From the NCBI GenBank assembly GCA_041690135.1, contig JAWLHY010000001.1, positions 320,001 to 384,000 of the forward strand: a stretch of DNA of 64,000 bases, given 5' to 3'. Both the position numbers and the translations under genes were made by a program. Shown here in pieces: positions 58,660-64,000 of this stretch. This DNA comes from Armatimonadota bacterium (lineage in GTDB: Bacteria; Armatimonadota; SYMT01). Positions within the stretch are counted from its first letter, which is position 1; each line of letters begins with the position of its first letter. The notes below the pieces were generated by a model. That model had not been told where the DNA came from. It did not search any database and saw only the letters and a list, made by a program, of their open reading frames with translations.

Positions 58660-58914
58660 CCCCTTGGTCAGGGAACTCGGCATTACACGGAATTCTTAAT
58701 CCTCATCCTGATCCTAATCCACTCCGCCCCCTGGTCAGGGAAGTCGTCGTGAAGCCGGACTCCTTATCCTTATCCTTATCCGTCCCGCCCCCGGGTCAGG
58801 ACACCCTCCATGGGCCGGTACTCCTTATCTTTATCCTCATTCATTGCGATTAACGTTCAGGATTGTTCTTTTCGCGTTTTCGCTCTTTCGTGCTTTCGTG
58901 TTGGCCCGCGCAGC
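58660..58914. repeat. Three anchor+TCCTTA units followed by an inverted GCTGCGCGGGCCAAC+octamer unit
   Basis: Anchors at 58660, 58727 and 58788; tracts at 58695, 58761 and 58822; inverted anchor 58900-58914. Confidence 0.82.
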
Positions 58915-58999
58915 GCCACCGCCGAGCCCCAGAGCCGGTGGAAATCAGTGCCCTTTCTCGTATTCGCCTTGCCTTTGTGTCGCGAACCTCAAGCTCAAG

Positions 59000-59056
59000 A
59001 AAAAAGGCCCGCCGGGTGGCGGGCCGAGAGGAGACACAGTGCCCCTGAAATCTCCA
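59000..59056 (-). ncRNA. Candidate small RNA
   Basis: TTGCAA-N18-TAGGAT promoter (59091-59062), followed ~55 nt later by a GGCCCGCC stem and U6 terminator; no ORF. Confidence 0.45.
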
Positions 59057-59072
59057 CGCCTATCCTAGCAAA

Positions 59073-59090
59073 TGCAAACTAATGTTTGCA
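59073..59090. promoter_or_regulatory. Palindromic operator overlapping the promoter
   Basis: TGCAAAC-taat-GTTTGCA in an AT-rich patch. Confidence 0.55.
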
Positions 59091-59241
59091 AGTAGTTTTT
59101 CGCTTTTCGCTCCGGCACCCGGCAGGCGGCTCGTTCAGCGGGGTCGGATCGCCGAACAGGGAAGAACCAGGACGGACACATCTCCGCGCGGCGTAGCAAC
59201 AGTAGACCTATAGCTGATTCGCCGGGCTTAGCCCGTACGGG

Positions 59242-60114
59242 CTAAGCCGTGTGTAGGCGCGAGTTCACTCGCCCAGCCGTATCGGCGGGCGCCTCCCCGT
59301 TGCGCATTCGCTGCTCCAACACCTCGTAAAGCAGGACCCCCGCGGCCACGGAGACGTTGAGCGAGTCGCTGCGGCCCCGCATCGGGATCCGGACCATCAG
59401 GTCGCACAGCTCCTCTTCCGCTTCGGACAGCCCCTGGCGCTCCCACCCCATGAAGAGGACCACCGGTCCGGAGTAGTCCACCTCCCGGTACGCAAGCGCG
59501 CCGGAGGGGGAGGTCCCGACGATCCGGCAGCCGTGCCGCTGCTTCCAGGCTCGCAGCTCGAGGGCGGAGGCGAGGACCAATTCCTGGGTGAAGAACGCGC
59601 CCATGCTGGCCCGGACCACGGCCGGGTCCCAGGGGTCTGCGGCGCCCTCCAGGCAGATCAGCCCGCGCGCCCCCGCGGCATCGGCGGTCCGGAGCATCGT
59701 CCCGAGGTTCCCCGGGGACTGGACCGTGCTCACGGCGAGCCAGTAGTCGCCCGGGTCCGGCCGGGCGTGCCAGAGGGGCATCCAATCCTTATGCATCACG
59801 GCGGCAAGTCCTTGTGGTTCCGCCGCCAGGGTGAACGCGCGGTACGCCGCGGGGGAGAGGTCGTGAACAGGTACTCCGCCTCGCCGGATGCGGGCCGCCA
59901 GGCTGCGCCCGTGCGGGGTGAGCCATTCCTTGCAGGTGATCACCCGCTCGAACCGGGCGTTCCGCTCCACGGCCTGCGCGACGAAGCGGATCCCGTCGAT
60001 CAGGAACCGGCCGCGACGGTCCCGCTCCTCCCGTTCGTGGAGGCGGCGCAGCTCGCGGACCAGTGGGTGGCGGGAGTGGGTAACGGCAGATGGATAGACA
60101 TCGGTGCGTGGCAT
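59242..60114 (-). CDS. TrmH/SpoU family RNA 2'-O-methyltransferase
   Basis: PGNLGTMLRTADAAG, VRASMG, G.ERQGL, RIPMRGRSDSLNVSVA; N-terminal SpoU substrate-binding region. Confidence 0.93.
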   Translation of the reverse strand: MPRTDVYPSAVTHSRHPLVRELRRLHEREERDRRGRFLIDGIRFVAQAVERNARFERVITCKEWLTPHGRSLAARIRRGGVPVHDLSPAAYRAFTLAAEPQGLAAVMHKDWMPLWHARPDPGDYWLAVSTVQSPGNLGTMLRTADAAGARGLICLEGAADPWDPAVVRASMGAFFTQELVLASALELRAWKQRHGCRIVGTSPSGALAYREVDYSGPVVLFMGWERQGLSEAEEELCDLMVRIPMRGRSDSLNVSVAAGVLLYEVLEQRMRNGEAPADTAGRVNSRLHTA

Positions 60115-60169
60115 CCTTTCTCGGGCTCGCCGGGAGCCCGCGGCGGCCGCTCCGGAGCGCGGGCGGCCA

Positions 60170-60330
60170 GAGACAGGGACCGCCCCCCGGCAAACGCAGG
60201 GGGGCGGTCAACGACTGTATTGAGCTGATAGTCGGGAGCAGGCGTGTGCGAAACCGCCCCGATCCGTCCGGACCGGGGGAACAGGCCGGCGACTAAGGTG
60301 CGACGGCGGTTCGCATGCATCGGCTCCCTT
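60170..60330 (-). promoter_or_regulatory. Putative leader-peptide attenuator (MRTAVAP, 60316-60293)
   Basis: GGGAG SD, 7-codon uORF and four mutually exclusive complementary segments. Confidence 0.6.
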
Positions 60331-60536
60331 CGGGCACCGCTGGTGAAGTGGCGGTATGCAACTCCGCCGTAGAGAGAAGTAAGGGTCGGGATGGGAACCC
60401 GCACCCGACGGTGCCCGGCATGAGTATACCCTGGAGGTTGGGCTCAATTACCCCGCTGAAAAGATTTTCGGCGGATCAAGCAAATCCGGGTGCGCTGATC
60501 CGTCTCACCTCATGACATCCCGAAGGAGGCGCCCGG

Positions 60537-61133
60537 ATGGCATGCGGGGGAGAAAGCGTTGTGGAGGAGTGGAGGCCCGTCGAGGACCGAAGCGCGGAGG
60601 TCGAGCTCGTCCACGCCATTCTCCGGGGCGACCGCGGGGCATTCGAACTGCTGGTTTCGACCCACTCCGTCCAGGTGACGTCGGTCGTCCGGCGGTTTAC
60701 CCCCGACCCTAACGACCTGGAAGATGCGGTGCAGGAGACCTTTTTGCGCGCCTACCGCAACCTGAAGCGGTTCCGCGGCGAGGCGAGCCTGCGCACCTGG
60801 TTGATCCAGATCGCCCTGAATGTTTGCCGCGACCGTCGCCGCACCTTCTGGAAGCGGCGGGTGGTGCTGGCCCCGGAACCGCGCGACCTCGAGATTCAAC
60901 CCGGCGCCCGGCGCGGGTTCGAGGAGCATGCGGCGCTCCAACATACCGTTGCGCGAGCCGTGGACGCTTTACCCGAGGAGCTCCGGCTGCCCTTCGTGCT
61001 CCACGTGTACGAGGAACTCTCCGGCGCCGAAGTCGCGCAGGTGCTGGGATGGAATCCGAGCACCGTATGGTCCCGCATTTACGCCGCCCGAAAACGCTTG
61101 CAGAAGGAACTGGGGCACCTGTTGGAAGGATGA
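60537..61133 (+). CDS. ECF RNA polymerase sigma factor
   Basis: GDRGAFELL, EDAVQETFLRAY..L.RFRGE.SLRTWL.QIA.N, LS..EVA..LG....TV.SRI..AR; start may be GTG 60561. Confidence 0.94.
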   Translation: MACGGESVVEEWRPVEDRSAEVELVHAILRGDRGAFELLVSTHSVQVTSVVRRFTPDPNDLEDAVQETFLRAYRNLKRFRGEASLRTWLIQIALNVCRDRRRTFWKRRVVLAPEPRDLEIQPGARRGFEEHAALQHTVARAVDALPEELRLPFVLHVYEELSGAEVAQVLGWNPSTVWSRIYAARKRLQKELGHLLEG

Positions 61134-61165
61134 GCCGCTTTCCCGGGCTGGGAGGAGCCACTGAA

Positions 61166-63781
61166 ATGCGCTGCAACACCGCGAGAAACCTGCTGACCCG
61201 GCAACTCCGCGAGACTCTCCCGCCCCTGGAGACGGGGGGACTGGAGGCCCACCTGGCGACCTGTACTGCCTGCCGGCAGGAACGAGACGACCTGCAGCGG
61301 TTCGAGTCCGCGCTGCACACCCTCGGCTCCGCTCCGCCGCTGCCGGCGGTCCGCGTCGATACGGCCGCGATCTTCCAGGGAGAACGAAGGCCGGGGCACT
61401 TTCCCGGGTTGCCGGTGCTCGTGGGAAGCGCGGCCCTGGGAGGGGTGCTGCTCGCCCTGAGCCCACGCCTCTCGCCTCCAGCACCGGGAGCCGGCAACGA
61501 CCCTGGCGCAAGGTTGGGCCGAATAAGCGGCCCCCCAGGGACCCATCCAACGGTGATACCGGACTCCCGCCAGGAGAAACCGGCCCCCGGCATCGTTGGT
61601 TTTGAGGCCCGGGAGCGTGGAACATCGCCTTCACCGCCAAGGCTTGAGGTCGCTCAAGTTGAGAAGGTCGGTCAAGCCGAGAAGGGCGCCCGGGGCAAAA
61701 GGCCGGACCCGACCGGGAAGGATCCGGTCCGCGTCCGTACGCCCGCTCTCATCATGCGGGCAACAACCCCGCCAGCGAAGAGAGCTGCCTCCCGGCCCGG
61801 CTCTCCGGTGATCCCTGAAATGCCCGCCCTGGTCCAGGCCGAAGTACCCCCGGATGCGGTGTTGGCGGTAGCGTTCCAGCAGGCCCGGCCCTCCGTCAGG
61901 GAGACTGGCCCGGTTGCCGCGGCGTTGTTGGATGAGCCGAAGCTGAAGGCGAAGATCACGGTGGAGGAAAAGAACCGGCCGCTGGGAGAGGTGCTCTCGC
62001 GGCTCGGTATCCGCCTGGGGGTCCGGCTCGTGGCCGGTCGGGCGGTCGCGGATGACAAGGTCAGCTTCTTCTTCAAGGAGCGGCCCGCGGGAGAGGTCCT
62101 GACACTGATCGCGCGCCATCTCGATTTCACCTGGACCCGCAGTCGCGGGAAGCTGGAGTTGGACCAGACGCAGGCCAGCCGGCGGCGAGAACAGGTTCTC
62201 CTGCGGAACGAACTGGCGCCCATCGAAGCGCAGTTGGGCCTTGCCGCCCGCCTGATGCAGCGACCGGGTCTCCAGCTTCGCCCGCGCCTGGACGAGTTGG
62301 AGAAACAACTGGCCGACGTTGGTTTGGCGCCGGTGGACCGCGCACGGCTCCTGGCGGAGAAGCAGATCACGCTGGATGTGATGCTCTCTCCGGCAACGGT
62401 CGACGCATCGCTGGCGATCTTTCGCTCGCTCACCCCGGCGCAGATCGACGCACTCCTCGCCGGCACCGAGATCCGCTACTCCACGGCGACGGGCACGATG
62501 CCGGAGTCTGTTGCCGAGAAGGTGCACGCGTCCACGTCTCTCCTGGAGAGCCGCTATGGTCCACTGCCGCGCCTCCAGGCCGACGCGACGGTGCGGGTGA
62601 CCGATGTGGAGGATCAGGATGAGGTGCCGCCGCCTCGCTCCCGTCGCCACCTGCGCCTGGAGTGCCGTTTCTCTACGGTGCGCGGCACGCGGCAGGACCC
62701 GCACTATTGGGGCTCGCGCTGGTCGCCCACGCTGCCCGCCGCGGACGCCGGCCCGGATAAAACGCTGGGTGCGATCGATCGAGACCCGGACCTGAACCGG
62801 GAAGTGGACCTGGAGTTGCCCGGCCCAGTGCGCCAACCCCTGGCCATCTTCGGGGGCGGTCCCCTGATGGCGGCGCATCTCGGCGCCGTCTGGCCCGAAC
62901 AGGCGACCCTGGCGGACGTTGCTGGTGCGATCCACCGGTCGACCGGCCTCGAAATGCTGGCGGACAGCTTCATCTCGGCCCGGTTGGACCCCTCTCTGCT
63001 CCGCGGCAAGAAGCCCCTGGCCCAGGTCCTGGAGAAGGTGGGGCAGGAGCTGGACTACGACTGGGAGAAGCGGGGCCGCCTGCTCTTCTTCCGGAACCGG
63101 CGTTACTATCGGGACCGGTCGGCCGAAGTCCCGGAGCGGGTTCTGAAGCCGTTTCGGGAGGAAGTCCTGCGGGAGAAGGCGCTCTCACTCGACGCCCTGG
63201 CCAGCCTCGCGGCCGGGCTCTCCGACGCCCAAGTCCGCGGTATGTGGCACTACTGGGGCTGGTATCTCGAGAAGACCGGCATCCTGCCGACGGAGTATCT
63301 CTTCCCGCACCGCCAGCACCTGCGGTTCTGGGCCAGCCTGGCTCCGATGCAGAAGGCGCAGCTTCGTGCCGGCGCGTCCCTTCCGGCGGCTCAGATGACG
63401 GTCCCGCAGCGCGACCTCTGGATGACCGCTCTCCTTTCACCGCCGGAGAGCGCCAGCACCCCCAGCGACGAACGCCGGCTTCCGACCCCGGAAGAAGCGG
63501 CGGCCGGAGGTTTCCGCTTGAAGCAGGCGGAAGTCCACCAGGTCTTGCTTCTGGGCGCCAGCCCCGACGGAAAACGCCGGCCGGGTGCCGGCATCAACTA
63601 CGAGGGTCCGTTGACGGACCAGACCCGGAAGCTCCTGCTGCGGCCGAGAGGGGAGCTGGAGCTTGCCGGGCCACCGCTCTCCGTGGCGGGCTACACCTTC
63701 GAGTACTTCCTGGGCGGCAAGGAACAACCGGTGCGGAAGACCCGTCTCCTGATCGCCCCACCGCAGCCGGTTGTGAAGTGA
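61166..63781 (+). CDS. Zinc-binding (zf-HC2) anti-sigma factor fused to a large extracytoplasmic STN-like region
   Basis: MRC...HLATCTAC motif, TM helix (LPVLVGSAALGGVLLAL), Pro-rich linker, then a region paralogous to 6772-8496; GGAGG SD. Confidence 0.82.
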   Translation: MRCNTARNLLTRQLRETLPPLETGGLEAHLATCTACRQERDDLQRFESALHTLGSAPPLPAVRVDTAAIFQGERRPGHFPGLPVLVGSAALGGVLLALSPRLSPPAPGAGNDPGARLGRISGPPGTHPTVIPDSRQEKPAPGIVGFEARERGTSPSPPRLEVAQVEKVGQAEKGARGKRPDPTGKDPVRVRTPALIMRATTPPAKRAASRPGSPVIPEMPALVQAEVPPDAVLAVAFQQARPSVRETGPVAAALLDEPKLKAKITVEEKNRPLGEVLSRLGIRLGVRLVAGRAVADDKVSFFFKERPAGEVLTLIARHLDFTWTRSRGKLELDQTQASRRREQVLLRNELAPIEAQLGLAARLMQRPGLQLRPRLDELEKQLADVGLAPVDRARLLAEKQITLDVMLSPATVDASLAIFRSLTPAQIDALLAGTEIRYSTATGTMPESVAEKVHASTSLLESRYGPLPRLQADATVRVTDVEDQDEVPPPRSRRHLRLECRFSTVRGTRQDPHYWGSRWSPTLPAADAGPDKTLGAIDRDPDLNREVDLELPGPVRQPLAIFGGGPLMAAHLGAVWPEQATLADVAGAIHRSTGLEMLADSFISARLDPSLLRGKKPLAQVLEKVGQELDYDWEKRGRLLFFRNRRYYRDRSAEVPERVLKPFREEVLREKALSLDALASLAAGLSDAQVRGMWHYWGWYLEKTGILPTEYLFPHRQHLRFWASLAPMQKAQLRAGASLPAAQMTVPQRDLWMTALLSPPESASTPSDERRLPTPEEAAAGGFRLKQAEVHQVLLLGASPDGKRRPGAGINYEGPLTDQTRKLLLRPRGELELAGPPLSVAGYTFEYFLGGKEQPVRKTRLLIAPPQPVVK

Positions 63782-63798
63782 AAAGGAGTGTAACGGCA

Positions 63799-63940
63799 GT
63801 GGGGCGGGCGCCTCGCCCGCCAGAGACTGGGAATCAGCTAGAGAACCCGGCGCAAGTGGGGCGGGCGTCTCGCCCGCCACGGTACCCGTCCTGCATCACA
63901 AAGCTCCCACCCCAGTTGGGCGGACGTCTCGCCCGCTACG
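63799..63940 (+). repeat. Three REP-like palindromes
   Basis: (G)TGGGGCGG(G/A)CG(C/T)CTCGCCCGC at ~63799, 63856 and 63915. Confidence 0.82.
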
Positions 63941-64000
63941 GTAGCCGCTGTGCCGAGGATTGAGAACCAGGGAGTAGTTCGATTCGGGCGTGGGGTGAGT

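Noticed and set aside
60824-61165. N-terminal 114 aa of the 985-aa ORF
   Set aside because: It overlaps the ECF sigma in another frame; the SD and zf-HC2 motif place the start at 61166 (or 61130).

Overview
A GC-rich bacterial chromosomal window with about 55 genes. Three prepilin-type/DUF1559 H-X9-DG genes, DUF1501, DUF1080, CRTAC1/ASPIC and HEAT/WD40/TPR/ankyrin proteins together suggest Armatimonadota or a PVC-like lineage (inference). It carries housekeeping genes (yajQ, tsaE-tsaB-rimI-tsaD, coaC, ggt, xylB, hxlA), sugar catabolism genes, a SigB/SigF-type and an ECF sigma factor, and a REP-associated tyrosine transposase (RAYT) with GTAG-type REP/REPIN arrays. No rRNA, tRNA, CRISPR array or prophage was recognised. 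The signals most worth following up are: (1) a four-segment leader-peptide attenuator (MRTAVAP) upstream of a TrmH/SpoU methyltransferase; (2) several families of 'conserved anchor + variable 6/7/8-mer tract' intergenic elements, with hexamer tracts repeatedly overlapping gene 3' ends; (3) an ECF anti-sigma factor fused to an uncharacterised STN-like module that also occurs as a secreted paralog next to a LolA/RseB-like lipoprotein; (4) a candidate ~55-nt sRNA with promoter, operator, anti-SD tract and terminator. All family assignments come from motifs recognised by eye; no database searches were run.
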